Source of the DNA: Candidatus Omnitrophota bacterium
Lineage (GTDB): Bacteria; Omnitrophota; Gorgyraeia; Duberdicusellales; 4484-171
Assembly: GCA_014729775.1 (NCBI GenBank)
Contig: WJJJ01000021.1
Coordinates: 24,788-88,787, forward strand
Direction: 5' to 3'
Length of the DNA stretch: 64,000 nucleotides
The position numbers and the translations under genes are program-made. The notes under the pieces were generated by a model. That model was not told the origin of the DNA. It saw only the letters and a list, made by a program, of their open reading frames with translations, and did not search any database. Shown here piece after piece: positions 19,825-29,993 of this stretch; within the stretch, counting starts at the first letter, position 1; each line of letters starts with the position of its first letter.

Positions 19825-22268
19825 TCAAACCGCAATTCGTCGCCTTTGCGGACCGCCTTAATTTTTATCGGTTCGCCTTCCTTCTTTTTGTACTTTTCGC
19901 TGAATACTCCTTTAATGATGTCTTCAGCGAGCGGGTCTTCCAGGTACCGCTGGATCACGCGTTTCAGCGGCCGGGCTCCGTATACCGGATCAAAACCTTT
20001 CTCGGTAAATAAATCCTTGGCTTCCTGCGTCAGCACGATCTCGATATTCTGTTCTTTCAGCCGCTCGTTAACGTAACTGATTTCAATACCGACGATCTTA
20101 TCTAAATCTTCTTTCCCCAGCGGACGGAACACGATAATTTCATCCAGCCGGTTGAGGAATTCCGGTTTAAACGCTTTTTTCACTTCCTCCAGAAGAAACT
20201 TCTTCATGTCTTCATAAGAGACGTCCTCGCTCACCGCTTTAAAACCCAGCGACCCTCCTTTCCGGATAATATCGGCGCCTACATTCGACGTCATGATCAG
20301 GATCGTGTTCCGGAAATCCACTCTCCGGCCGAAACTGTCGGTGAGCCGTCCCTCTTCGAATATCTGCAGCAGCAGATTAAACACGTCCGGATGGGCTTTT
20401 TCGATCTCATCGAGCAGAATGACCGAATACGGCCGCCGCCTCACTTTTTCGCTTAGCTGTCCGCCCTCTTCGTATCCCACATATCCCGGCGGCGCGCCGA
20501 TCAGCCGCGATACGTTGAACTTCTCCATATATTCGGTCATGTCCAACTGCACAAGCGCGTCTTCGTCACCGAACATTACCTCGGCCAGCGCCCGCGCGAG
20601 CAGGGTTTTCCCCACGCCGGTGGGCCCCAAAAACACGAATGAACCGATCGGCCGGCGCGGTTCCTTAATCCCGGCCCGCGCGCGACGGATCGCCCGGGCC
20701 ATCGCGACGATCGCTTCATCCTGCCCCACGACCCGGCTTCTCAGTTCTTCTTCGATTTTCAGCAGTTTTTCCGACTCCTTTTCTTCTAAACGGTAAATTG
20801 GAATACCGGTGATCTGCGCCACCAAACGGGCGATATCTTCCTCGGACACTTGAGGAACGATCTGGTCCCGTTTTTTACTCCAGTCGCGCCGCAGCCCTTC
20901 CAGTTTAAAACGCAGGGTCTTCTCCTCATCGCGCAGCTTTGCCGCGGACTCGAAATCCTGCTGTTTGATCAGCGCTTCTTTTTCTTTAATAATTTCGTTG
21001 AGTTTCTCTTCCAGCTCTTTGATGTCTTTTGGCGCGGTCAGCACCGCTAGCCGGGAACGCGCTCCGGACTCATCGATTAAATCCACCGCTTTGTCCGGCA
21101 GGAACCGTCCCGAAATGTACCGCTCCGATAATTTCGCGGCCGCGTGCACCGCGCTGTCGGAGAACTTCACGCGATGATGCGCCTCATACTTATCCCGTAA
21201 ACCTTTCAAAATCTCGACCGTCTCCTCCACGGTATTGGGATCCACGAAAATAGGCTGGAACCGCCGTTCCAGCGCGGCATCTTTCTCAATGTACTTGCGG
21301 TATTCGTCGAGCGTAGTCGCTCCGATACACTGGATCTCTCCGCGGGACAAGGCCGGCTTCAGGATATTAGACGCATCGATCGCTCCCTCAGCCGCGCCGG
21401 CGCCGACAAGGGTATGGAGTTCGTCGATAAAAATGATCACGTCTTTGGAACGCTTAATCTCTTCCATCACCGCTTTGATCCGCTCTTCAAACTGTCCCCG
21501 GTACTTGGTTCCGGCAATCATTAACGCCAGATCCAGTACCACGATCCGCTTATACCGCAGGATTTCGGGCACATCGCCCGAATGGATACTCTGCGCCAGT
21601 CCTTCGACGATCGCGGTCTTTCCCACGCCGGCTTCCCCCAGCAGGACCGGATTGTTCTTGGTCCTGCGGGAAAGCACCTGAATGACCCGTTCGATCTCCC
21701 CTTTCCGGCCGATCACCGGATCGAGTTTCCCTTCGCGGGAAAGCCGGGTCAAATCTCTTCCGAACGAATCCAAAGCGGGCGTTTTGGAAGAACTTGCCGC
21801 CGCTCCCTGCGAGGACGCCGACTGCTGATGAATCCCCCCCAGCAGCGCGGAAATCTCTTCGCGCACCCGGCGCAGATCCACACCCAGAGAAAACAGCACC
21901 TGGCAGGCAAGCCCTTCTCCCTCGCGGATAAGCCCCAACAGGACATGTTCCGTCCCGATATAATTGTGCCCCAGACTCCGTGCCTCTTCGGCCGCCAGCT
22001 CCAGTGCTTTTTTCGCTCTGGGCGTAAACGGCACGTCACCGAGTACCGAGGACACGCTTCCCGGTGAAATAAGCTTTTCCAGCTCCATTCTGAGACGTTC
22101 CAGATCGACCCCGAGATTCTGCAGCACCGCACAGGCGACACCTTCACCTTCCCTGATCAGTCCCAGCAAAATATGCTCGGTGCCGATATAATCATGATTA
22201 AACCGTCTTGCCTCCTCCTTGGCAAGCACGAGAACTTTGCGTGCGCGTTCGGTAAATCTGTTAAACAT
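19821..22268 (-). CDS. clpC: ATP-dependent Clp protease ATP-binding subunit ClpC
   Basis: Duplicated N-terminal Clp-R repeats, two AAA+ modules ([18 protein letters not shown]) and a UVR coiled-coil are present. Confidence 0.9.
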   Translation of the reverse strand: MFNRFTERARKVLVLAKEEARRFNHDYIGTEHILLGLIREGEGVACAVLQNLGVDLERLRMELEKLISPGSVSSVLGDVPFTPRAKKALELAAEEARSLGHNYIGTEHVLLGLIREGEGLACQVLFSLGVDLRRVREEISALLGGIHQQSASSQGAAASSSKTPALDSFGRDLTRLSREGKLDPVIGRKGEIERVIQVLSRRTKNNPVLLGEAGVGKTAIVEGLAQSIHSGDVPEILRYKRIVVLDLALMIAGTKYRGQFEERIKAVMEEIKRSKDVIIFIDELHTLVGAGAAEGAIDASNILKPALSRGEIQCIGATTLDEYRKYIEKDAALERRFQPIFVDPNTVEETVEILKGLRDKYEAHHRVKFSDSAVHAAAKLSERYISGRFLPDKAVDLIDESGARSRLAVLTAPKDIKELEEKLNEIIKEKEALIKQQDFESAAKLRDEEKTLRFKLEGLRRDWSKKRDQIVPQVSEEDIARLVAQITGIPIYRLEEKESEKLLKIEEELRSRVVGQDEAIVAMARAIRRARAGIKEPRRPIGSFVFLGPTGVGKTLLARALAEVMFGDEDALVQLDMTEYMEKFNVSRLIGAPPGYVGYEEGGQLSEKVRRRPYSVILLDEIEKAHPDVFNLLLQIFEEGRLTDSFGRRVDFRNTILIMTSNVGADIIRKGGSLGFKAVSEDVSYEDMKKFLLEEVKKAFKPEFLNRLDEIIVFRPLGKEDLDKIVGIEISYVNERLKEQNIEIVLTQEAKDLFTEKGFDPVYGARPLKRVIQRYLEDPLAEDIIKGVFSEKYKKKEGEPIKIKAVRKGDELRFE

Positions 22269-22316
22269 TGAAAAACCTCCTCTTTCGCTGTTTCAACGCA
22301 GTCTTGTTCGCGATTG

Positions 22317-23387
22317 TCAACACGGGCTCAGCCGCTCCCTCAACACATCGGCGCGGACCGAATCCCGTTCTTTTTCGTTCAATACTTTGTGCTCAATTTT
22401 CTGTAAATGTGCCGGATGCACGCTCAGAAAAAGATTGTTAAGCAATTCTCTCCCCTTCCCTTTTTCGCAGAGGTGGGAGTCCTTTATTATACCTAAATCC
22501 AATCCCAATGACAACATGGAAAGGTGCTCCAGCGATTCCTGGGTACTGACCAGCCGGCAGTTGCGCAATAACCCCAAAGCTCTCCATACCCCGTCTTCCA
22601 TTTTGAGTTTGTATTTGCGGAGCAAAAACCGCCGGGCGTCCATTTCCTGGGACTTCACCTGGTTCACCACCCCGGTCAGGTTCTCGATAATTTCCCTCTC
22701 CGAAAGCCCCAGCCGCACCTGATTGGAAATCTGAAAAAAATTCCCCAATGCCTGGGTTCCCTCGCCGAACAAGCCCCGGATCGTAAAAGAAATCTTGGTC
22801 AGCAGATCGAGAATCTTGTTGATTTTTTTCGTCAACACCAGTGCCGGCAAATGGAGCATGCATGACCCCCGCAAACCGGTACCGACATTGGTCGGACACG
22901 CGGTAAGATAACCCAATTCCGGGGAAAACGCGTACCCGACGGTTTTACTGAACCGGTCGTCGATAGAATTCAGCAGTTCCCAGCACTCCTGAAGATTAAA
23001 TCCCGAGGTCACTGCCTGCATTCGCAAATGATCCTCTTCGTTTATCATCACCGCGATCTTTTCGTCTCGTGACACAAGCAGTCCTCTCCCCCGCGGCGAG
23101 GTCAAATGCTCCCGGCTGACTAAATGCCGCTCCAGCAAAAACTGCTTGTCGACATCCTCAATCTCCGTCATTCGCAGATACAACGCGCGCGACAGCAACG
23201 GAATCTGCGCATGAGCCTGCTGGATTTTTTTCAGTATCTGGTTCTTCTGCTGAAAACTGGCGCGGCCCACGAAAGGATACGCGGCCAGGTTCCGGGCCAG
23301 CCGGATCCGGGAAGAAAACACGATGCCGGACGACGGACCTTTGCCGTTCAGCCAGCTTTTGGAATTCGAAAGGAACTCGTCAAACAT
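22317..23387 (-). CDS. mcsB: Protein arginine kinase McsB
   Basis: ATP:guanido phosphotransferase catalytic motif (CPTNVGTGLR). The start is trimmed to the ATG overlapping the mcsA stop; the track ORF extends to 23426. Confidence 0.8.
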   Translation of the reverse strand: MFDEFLSNSKSWLNGKGPSSGIVFSSRIRLARNLAAYPFVGRASFQQKNQILKKIQQAHAQIPLLSRALYLRMTEIEDVDKQFLLERHLVSREHLTSPRGRGLLVSRDEKIAVMINEEDHLRMQAVTSGFNLQECWELLNSIDDRFSKTVGYAFSPELGYLTACPTNVGTGLRGSCMLHLPALVLTKKINKILDLLTKISFTIRGLFGEGTQALGNFFQISNQVRLGLSEREIIENLTGVVNQVKSQEMDARRFLLRKYKLKMEDGVWRALGLLRNCRLVSTQESLEHLSMLSLGLDLGIIKDSHLCEKGKGRELLNNLFLSVHPAHLQKIEHKVLNEKERDSVRADVLRERLSPC

Positions 23388-23880
23388 CGCCGGATTTCTT
23401 TCTGCGTCGCACCCGCTTAAGCTCATCCCTCAGCCGGGCAGCTTCCTCGTATTCCTCTAACTGTATCGCCCGGTTCAATAAATTTTGCAACTCACGGATT
23501 TTTACGTCCAGAGCACCCCGCCCCTTCCCGGTTAACGGCCGCTTCCCCTGATGATACACGGAACCGTGGATCTTTTTCACCAGCGGCAGCAAATGCTCGC
23601 GAAACGCGGCATAGCACTTCGCGCAGCCGAGACGGCCGGTTTCTCTGAATTCCCGGTAGGTCGAGCCGCATCCCGGGCATTTTTTCGCCCGGACGCCTTT
23701 TTTTTCCTGGGATTTTCCACTCAGCCCCGTGAGAAAGTCGGAAAAACTCACCTGATCCTTGATCTCGGCGGCCTTATGCCGGGCACACTCCTGACAGATG
23801 TGCATCTCCACGACCTTTTCGTTCACAATCTCGGTCAGATGTACCGTCGCCGCGTTTTTTTGACACACATCACACAACAT
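23380..23880 (-). CDS. mcsA: McsA (protein arginine kinase activator with a UvrB/C motif)
   Basis: Paired CxxC zinc fingers and a C-terminal UVR motif (EEYEEAARLRDEL) are present. Confidence 0.75.
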   Translation of the reverse strand: MLCDVCQKNAATVHLTEIVNEKVVEMHICQECARHKAAEIKDQVSFSDFLTGLSGKSQEKKGVRAKKCPGCGSTYREFRETGRLGCAKCYAAFREHLLPLVKKIHGSVYHQGKRPLTGKGRGALDVKIRELQNLLNRAIQLEEYEEAARLRDELKRVRRRKKSGDV

Positions 23881-23894
23881 AATTGGCCTATTGT

Positions 23895-23962
23895 CTCTTC
23901 TTTACCCCTTTTTGCGCTCGGCTTCCTTCCCTCTGTATCTTCTTACCTCTGTCCTCTTCTTC
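23895..23962. repeat. Polypyrimidine CTTAC/CTTCC-repeat intergenic element (copy 2, upstream of mcsA)
   Basis: ctcttctttaccccttttt...cttccttccctctgtatcttcttacctctgtcctcttcttc. Confidence 0.55.
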
Positions 23963-24838
23963 CTACACCGTATACTTCACCCCGTCTTTCTTGGTCGCCT
24001 GTTGAAACCGGCGCATAATCTTTTTGGTGTGCGTCCCGGGATGTCCGCTGCCGATGGTCCTGCCGTCCACCCGCACCACCGGCACGATCTCCGCCGCGGT
24101 CCCGGTGAGAAAACATTCGTCGCTGATAAATAGTTCATGCCGGGTAAGCACGTGCTCATGCGTGGGGATCTTCATCTTTTTGGCGATCTCCAACACCGTG
24201 TCGCGGGTGATCCCCCGCAGGGTTCCCATACATTGAGGCGGAGTATACAGCTCGCCCCCTTTTACCACGAAAATATTATCGCCGGTACACTCGGCAACAT
24301 AGCCCAGGTGATCGAGCATCAGCGCTTCCTGGTATCCGCAGTTGACCGCTTCTATTTTCGCCAGGATATTATTGAGATAATTGAGCGACTTGATCTGCGG
24401 ATTGAGCGCTTCCGGAATATTACGCACCGTCGGCACGGTAATGATCTCCATCCCTTTTTGATATAATTCTCTGGGATACAAATTAATCTTATCGGCGATG
24501 ATCACCAGGGTCTCCTGCCCTTTGCACTTGCGCGGATCAAGCCCCAGATCTCCCGCCCCCCGCGAAAGCACCACCCGGATATAGGCGTCTTTAAGCTTGT
24601 TCTTCTTGAGCGTTTTAATGACGGCTTTTTCCAATTCTTTTTTGGGCAACGGACAGTGCAGCATAATGGAATGCGCCGATTCAAATAAACGGTCGACGTG
24701 CTCTTTCAGCTTAAACACCAGTCCGTCGTAGGCACGGATTCCTTCAAACACCCCGTCCCCGTAAAGATATCCGTGGTCGAACACGGAAATCTTCGCGTCG
24801 TTTTTATCCACCAGCTTGCCGTTCAAATAAATCTTCAT
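23963..24838 (-). CDS. ilvE: Branched-chain / D-amino-acid aminotransferase (PLP fold type IV)
   Basis: Class IV aminotransferase signature (GDGVFEGIRAY...EVNCGYQEA...LTGTAAE) is present. Confidence 0.75.
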   Translation of the reverse strand: MKIYLNGKLVDKNDAKISVFDHGYLYGDGVFEGIRAYDGLVFKLKEHVDRLFESAHSIMLHCPLPKKELEKAVIKTLKKNKLKDAYIRVVLSRGAGDLGLDPRKCKGQETLVIIADKINLYPRELYQKGMEIITVPTVRNIPEALNPQIKSLNYLNNILAKIEAVNCGYQEALMLDHLGYVAECTGDNIFVVKGGELYTPPQCMGTLRGITRDTVLEIAKKMKIPTHEHVLTRHELFISDECFLTGTAAEIVPVVRVDGRTIGSGHPGTHTKKIMRRFQQATKKDGVKYTV

Positions 24839-25515
24839 TGATCCCCCTTTTCTCTGATCCGGCCTTCTTCCAGATAAAGAATCCGTGCGGCCTTTTGGGC
24901 CAGTTCGTGATTATGCGTCACCAGTATTACCGTCTTCCCCAGCTCGCGGTTCAGACGGTCCAACAGCGCCGTGATTTTCTCGCGGGATTCCCGGTCGAGA
25001 TTACCGGTCGGTTCATCGCACAGGATCAGCTCCGGTTCATTCACTAACGCTCTCGCGAATGCGACTTTCTGCTTTTCGCCGCCGCTGAGCTGAAACGGGA
25101 AAAATCTTTGACGCGGCAGGATGTCAAGGTATTCTAACAATTTCGCCGCCTTTTTAAAAGAAGATTTTCTGTGCTTCAAAAAACGCGGCAGCGCGACGTT
25201 CTCCCTCACTCTGAGTTCGTCGATCAAATGATAAAACTGAAACACGTATCCCACCGAGCGGCGGCGCCAGCGGGCGCGCTGCTTCTGGCGCAAACGGTAT
25301 ACGTCTTTTCCCTTCCAGAGAACTTCTCCGCCGGTAGGAGGTTCCAGGCCGCCGATCGCGTGCAACAGCGTGGATTTCCCCGCGCCGGACGGACCGACAA
25401 TACTCACATAATCTCCTTCCTCTATCCGCAGAGACACGTTGTGCAATACGATCACGTGCTCACGGCCGGTCCGGTATATTTTCGACAGATTTTTGACTTC
25501 GAGCATACTATTCAT
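24835..25515 (-). CDS. lolD: LolD/FtsE-type ABC ATP-binding protein
   Basis: Walker A (GPSGAGKST), signature (LSGGEKQKV) and Walker B (ILCDEPT) are present. It is paired with a FtsX-type permease. Confidence 0.75.
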   Translation of the reverse strand: MNSMLEVKNLSKIYRTGREHVIVLHNVSLRIEEGDYVSIVGPSGAGKSTLLHAIGGLEPPTGGEVLWKGKDVYRLRQKQRARWRRRSVGYVFQFYHLIDELRVRENVALPRFLKHRKSSFKKAAKLLEYLDILPRQRFFPFQLSGGEKQKVAFARALVNEPELILCDEPTGNLDRESREKITALLDRLNRELGKTVILVTHNHELAQKAARILYLEEGRIREKGDQ

Positions 25516-26665
25516 AACGTAACGCGCGGCTGGCCGGCAGCCGGGACGCCCGCAGAGCGGGAAAAATACTGGACACGAACGAAATTCCCAGAGCGATGAA
25601 CGCGGTCATCGCCACGTCTTCATAGCGCACGATCACCGGAAGATATTCGGTGAAAAAAATCTCCTCAGGCAGGCGGATAAAAGGGTACTTCTGGAGCAGA
25701 GCGCACGCACCCAGGCCCAGCGCGGAACCGCCGATCACGCCGAGCATCCCGAGGATCATCCCCTGAAGGGTGAAAATCCTCCAAATATGACCGTTGGTAA
25801 ATCCCAGTGACTTCAGTATGCCGATATCCTTTGTTTTTTCCACCACCTTGACCGTGAGCGTGGCGAAAATATTAAACGAGGCGATAAGGATAATAAGAGT
25901 AAGAATGATGAACATCGCGATTTTTTCCAGCCGCAGGGTCGCGAACAGCGCTTCGTTCGTTTCCATCCACGTGGACACGTATACGCCGCGCGAAAACGCT
26001 CCCTGGATACGCGCCTTGATCTCATCCGCCGCAAACGGCTCCTCAATACGCAGACCGAGAAAGAACTGATAATGCGGAGAGATCCGCTTCGCGGTTTCGA
26101 CGTCGGTAATCAGGTAAAAATTATCGATATCGTACAGCCCGACGTGAAACGTACCGCGCACGTCGGCCTCCCGCTGCTGCAGTTTTTTCTGCAGCGGGTA
26201 AAACGTGACCGTTTCTCCCGGCATAAACCGCCGCCTCAACCCTGTTCCGATAAAAAAACCTTCGCCGCCGCGGTCCTCTCGCACGTACTGGGCGAAAAAT
26301 TCCCGTTCCCGTTCATTGGTCAAATCAATTCCTTTGACAATGAGCGGCACGATATTTTCCTGAAATTTGGCGAAAATCTGCGTCTGCACGGCAAGCGAAG
26401 AGATCTCGATGCCCGGCCAGTCCCGTACCGCTTCGTTTACCGAATACAATAACGAATCCTCTTCACTTTCCACGGTCACGTGGTACTGAAACCTCATCAC
26501 CCGTTCCAGCAATCCGCCGTCGATCCCGTTGATGATCGACGTCGCGACGATAACGCTGGCCACCCCCAGCATCACGCCGGCACAGGACACGATACCGATG
26601 AACGAAACGTGTTTAGTTTTCCCGCGGAACAGATACCGTCGTGCGAGATAAAATTCCGTTCTCAT
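25508..26665 (-). CDS. lolC: LolC/LolE-type FtsX-family permease
   Basis: N-terminal TM helix, a large periplasmic domain and a C-terminal FtsX 3-TM bundle are present. Confidence 0.7.
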   Translation of the reverse strand: MRTEFYLARRYLFRGKTKHVSFIGIVSCAGVMLGVASVIVATSIINGIDGGLLERVMRFQYHVTVESEEDSLLYSVNEAVRDWPGIEISSLAVQTQIFAKFQENIVPLIVKGIDLTNEREREFFAQYVREDRGGEGFFIGTGLRRRFMPGETVTFYPLQKKLQQREADVRGTFHVGLYDIDNFYLITDVETAKRISPHYQFFLGLRIEEPFAADEIKARIQGAFSRGVYVSTWMETNEALFATLRLEKIAMFIILTLIILIASFNIFATLTVKVVEKTKDIGILKSLGFTNGHIWRIFTLQGMILGMLGVIGGSALGLGACALLQKYPFIRLPEEIFFTEYLPVIVRYEDVAMTAFIALGISFVSSIFPALRASRLPASRALRYE

Positions 26666-26700
26666 ATCACCTTTTTTTGAAACAAAAATTATTCAGGATT

Positions 26701-28164
26701 TCAAACCTTCTTCTGACCGCCGCTGTCTTCCTCGGGGCGTTCGGGTGCGGCTGCTGCCGGTCGGAGGAGAGGGAAAAGGATCACATCTTTGATTGAAGAC
26801 TGATTGAGAAGAATCATGGCCAACCGGTCGATACCGATGCCCAGCCCGGCGGCGGGCGGCATCCCGTACTGCAAGCTCGCGAGGAAATCCTGATCTATTT
26901 TTTTCGGAAGCTCCTCTTCAACCTCCATCTGCCGCCGGAACCGTTTCTCCTGCTCCAACGGATCATTTAATTCCGAATAGGCATTGGCAACTTCGATCCC
27001 GGCGATGAAAAGTTCGAAGCGTTCCACCAGCGCGGGATTGTCCGGCTTTGCTTTGGCCAGCGGTGACATCCAGGTAAAAAAGTCCACGATAAACGCCGGT
27101 TTTTCCTGAGGATAATGCTTTTCAATCAATTCCTCGGTAATGTTCAATATCTGCGTCCGGGTAAGCCCCTTCTCCAGCGTCAGTTTCTGTTCGATCTTGG
27201 CCAGCATTTCTTCAGGAGCATCCGCGCTCTCTACGCCGAACTCGCGGGAAAATAATGCCGCGAACGAAATTCGCTGCCAGGGCGGGGTAAAATCGATCGC
27301 CCGGCCCTGATATTCAATACGGTAATCTCCGCTGACTTCTTTCACCAATCCGGAAATCATCTGTTCGCACAGCTGCATCATGTATTCAAAACCCTGATAG
27401 GCGCAGTAGGCCTCGAGCATCGTAAATTCCGGATTATGCCGCGGGGACACCCCTTCGTTGCGGAAACTCCGGTTGATCTCAAACACCTTCTCCAGCCCCC
27501 CTACCACTAGGCGTTTTAAATATAGTTCGGGCGCGATGCGCAGATACACATCCATACCCGTCGCGTGATGATGGGTGACAAACGGACGTCCCGCCGCCCC
27601 GCCGGGGATCCGGTGCAACATCGGAGTTTCCACCTCCAGATACCCGCGGCCGGCGAAAAAATCACGCACCCGCGAAACGATCCGTGACCGTTCCATGAAT
27701 ACTTTACGGACGTCGGGATTGGCGATCAAATCAAGAGAACGATGACGGTAGCGCACCTCCACGTCTTTTAATCCGTGCCATTTTTCCGGCAGGGGCCGCA
27801 GCGTTTTGGATAACAGAACGATCTCCTTCGCCAGCACGGTTTTTTCTCCGGTCCGGGTGCAAAACAGCGTCCCCGTTACTCCGATGATATCTCCCACATC
27901 CAGCTGTTTGAACAGCGCGAACAGATTTTCTCCAAGCGTATTTTTCTGGGCGTAAAGCTGTATCTTGGCTTCCCGGCCCAAGATATGCGCGAATCCGGAC
28001 TTGCCGTGTTCCCGCTTGGATACCACGCGGCCGGCTAAAGAAACTTCCTTTTCCTCGGCGAACGCATGCAGTGCCTCACTCACGGACGCAGTAACCGGAT
28101 ATGCCGTCCGCGCGAACGGATCACCCCATTTTTCCTTGATTTTTAGGAGTTTTTCTGTATCCAT
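26701..28164 (-). CDS. lysS: Lysyl-tRNA synthetase (class II)
   Basis: OB-fold N-domain and class II motifs 1-3 (e.g. GGAAGRPF, GIDRL) are present. Confidence 0.85.
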   Translation of the reverse strand: MDTEKLLKIKEKWGDPFARTAYPVTASVSEALHAFAEEKEVSLAGRVVSKREHGKSGFAHILGREAKIQLYAQKNTLGENLFALFKQLDVGDIIGVTGTLFCTRTGEKTVLAKEIVLLSKTLRPLPEKWHGLKDVEVRYRHRSLDLIANPDVRKVFMERSRIVSRVRDFFAGRGYLEVETPMLHRIPGGAAGRPFVTHHHATGMDVYLRIAPELYLKRLVVGGLEKVFEINRSFRNEGVSPRHNPEFTMLEAYCAYQGFEYMMQLCEQMISGLVKEVSGDYRIEYQGRAIDFTPPWQRISFAALFSREFGVESADAPEEMLAKIEQKLTLEKGLTRTQILNITEELIEKHYPQEKPAFIVDFFTWMSPLAKAKPDNPALVERFELFIAGIEVANAYSELNDPLEQEKRFRRQMEVEEELPKKIDQDFLASLQYGMPPAAGLGIGIDRLAMILLNQSSIKDVILFPLLRPAAAAPERPEEDSGGQKKV

Positions 28165-28209
28165 AGGTTTCTCAATTATATAGAATCATTTTCCTACTGT
28201 CAAACGAAT

Positions 28210-29037
28210 TCACCGTCGGTGAGTTCCCCTTTCCCCGGCGTCAATCCGGGGAGAAGCATCGAGCAAACGGCGCGTATATTCTTGCGACGGTTTCCCGAAC
28301 AGCTTTTCCGTGGACGCCTGTTCGATGATCCGCCCCGCGCGCATAACATACACCTCATCGCTCATGTGCCGGATCACGTCCAGGTCATGCGCGATAAATA
28401 AATAGGTAAGGCCGAACCTCCGCTGGAGATCCCGAAGCAGATTCAGCACCTGAGCCTGAACCGACACGTCCAGCGAAGACACAGGTTCATCGAGAATGAT
28501 CATCTTCGGCCGCATGATCAGCGCCCGCGCGATACTGATCCGTTGACGCTGGCCGCCGCTGAACTCATGCGGATAACGCGTCATGCTTTCCGGATCAAGC
28601 CCTACCTCGGTGAGCATTTCCGCAGTTCGCCGATCGCGCGCGTCTTTGGACAATTTCGGTTCCAGTATCCGTAGTCCTTCTTGTAAAATCTGCGCGACCG
28701 TAAACCGGGGGTCCAATGAGGCAAACGGATCCTGAAACACCAGCTGCAGATGCCGACGCAGCTGCCTCAGCCGGGCAGACGGGATCTGCGTCAAGTCTTC
28801 CCCCTGGAAGGCTATGCGTCCCTCACGCTCCCGGATGAGCCGCACGACCGTCCGCGCCAGTGTGGTTTTCCCGCAGCCGGATTCCCCAACCAGCCCTACC
28901 GTACTTCCCTCGGGAACAGACAGATCCACTCCGTCAACGGCTTTTACCCACCCGACGGTTCTCGATAACACTCCCCGCCGGAGGGGGAAATGCACGTGTA
29001 ACCCGGAAACCGAAAGAATCTCGTTCGCGTCATTCAT
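28210..29037 (-). CDS. oppF: Oligopeptide ABC transporter ATP-binding protein OppF
   Basis: ABC ATPase with an Opp-type C-terminal extension. The start is trimmed to the ATG forming an ATGA overlap with oppD. Confidence 0.8.
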   Translation of the reverse strand: MNDANEILSVSGLHVHFPLRRGVLSRTVGWVKAVDGVDLSVPEGSTVGLVGESGCGKTTLARTVVRLIREREGRIAFQGEDLTQIPSARLRQLRRHLQLVFQDPFASLDPRFTVAQILQEGLRILEPKLSKDARDRRTAEMLTEVGLDPESMTRYPHEFSGGQRQRISIARALIMRPKMIILDEPVSSLDVSVQAQVLNLLRDLQRRFGLTYLFIAHDLDVIRHMSDEVYVMRAGRIIEQASTEKLFGKPSQEYTRRLLDASPRIDAGERGTHRR

Positions 29038-29993
29038 ACGCGCACGCACCTCACCCAGTGGTCCGGGGCAATCTCCCTCATCTCAGGCAGTTCATCCCGG
29101 CAGCGCGCCTCCGCGAGCGGACAACGGGACGAAAAAAAGCATCCGGGCGGTTTCGCCGCCGGGTCAGGCACGGTACCGGGAATACTCCTTAATTCCCTGC
29201 GGGCGGTTCGGCCGGGAAGCGAATCCAGCAGTCCCCGGGTATACGGATGCAGCGGATTGCGAATCAGTTCCCGCGTCGCGGCGATCTCAACGATCACCCC
29301 GGCGTACATCACCGCGATACGATCCGCCGCCTGCGCGCAGAGCGCGATATCATGAGTGATAAGCACAAAGGCGAATTCAATCTCCTCCTGCAGCTGACGG
29401 AACAGACGCATGATCCGGGCCTGCACCGTCACGTCAAGCGCAGTCGTCGGCTCATCGGCAACGAGCAGTTTCGGCCTGCAGGACAACGCCATCGCGGTCA
29501 TCACCCGCTGGGCCTGCCCGCCGCTGAGCTGATGGGGATAATCCTTCATCCGCTGAGCGGGCTCGGCAATCCCGACCTTATCCAGAAGTTCGACCGTCCG
29601 CCGCCGCCGGTCTGCTTTGGATAAAGCGGTATGCACCCGCAGCATTTCTTGAATTTGAAATTCTATGGTGAACACCGGATTCAACGCCGCTTTCGGTTCC
29701 TGAAAGATCATCGCGATTTCGCCTCCCCGTACGCGGCGCATCGCCGACTCCGGAAGAGTCAGCAGATCACGCCCGCTAAACGTGACGCGGCCGCGCAGCA
29801 CACGCCCCGGTTCCTGGACCAGCCGCAGCATCGACAGCGCGGTAACCGATTTCCCGCAGCCGGATTCCCCGACCAGCCCCAGCGCTTCTCCCCTGCGTAC
29901 GGAAAAAGTCACGCCTTCGACCGCTCTGACCACGCTGTCTTCAAGAAAGAAGGAAGTATGCAGATCATCGATGCGCAGCAGTTCTTCCGCCAT
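29034..29993 (-). CDS. oppD: Oligopeptide ABC transporter ATP-binding protein OppD
   Basis: ABC ATPase (GESGCGKS, LSGGQAQRV) with a Cys-rich C-terminal tail. The ATG start overlaps the oppC stop. Confidence 0.8.
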   Translation of the reverse strand: MAEELLRIDDLHTSFFLEDSVVRAVEGVTFSVRRGEALGLVGESGCGKSVTALSMLRLVQEPGRVLRGRVTFSGRDLLTLPESAMRRVRGGEIAMIFQEPKAALNPVFTIEFQIQEMLRVHTALSKADRRRRTVELLDKVGIAEPAQRMKDYPHQLSGGQAQRVMTAMALSCRPKLLVADEPTTALDVTVQARIMRLFRQLQEEIEFAFVLITHDIALCAQAADRIAVMYAGVIVEIAATRELIRNPLHPYTRGLLDSLPGRTARRELRSIPGTVPDPAAKPPGCFFSSRCPLAEARCRDELPEMREIAPDHWVRCVRV

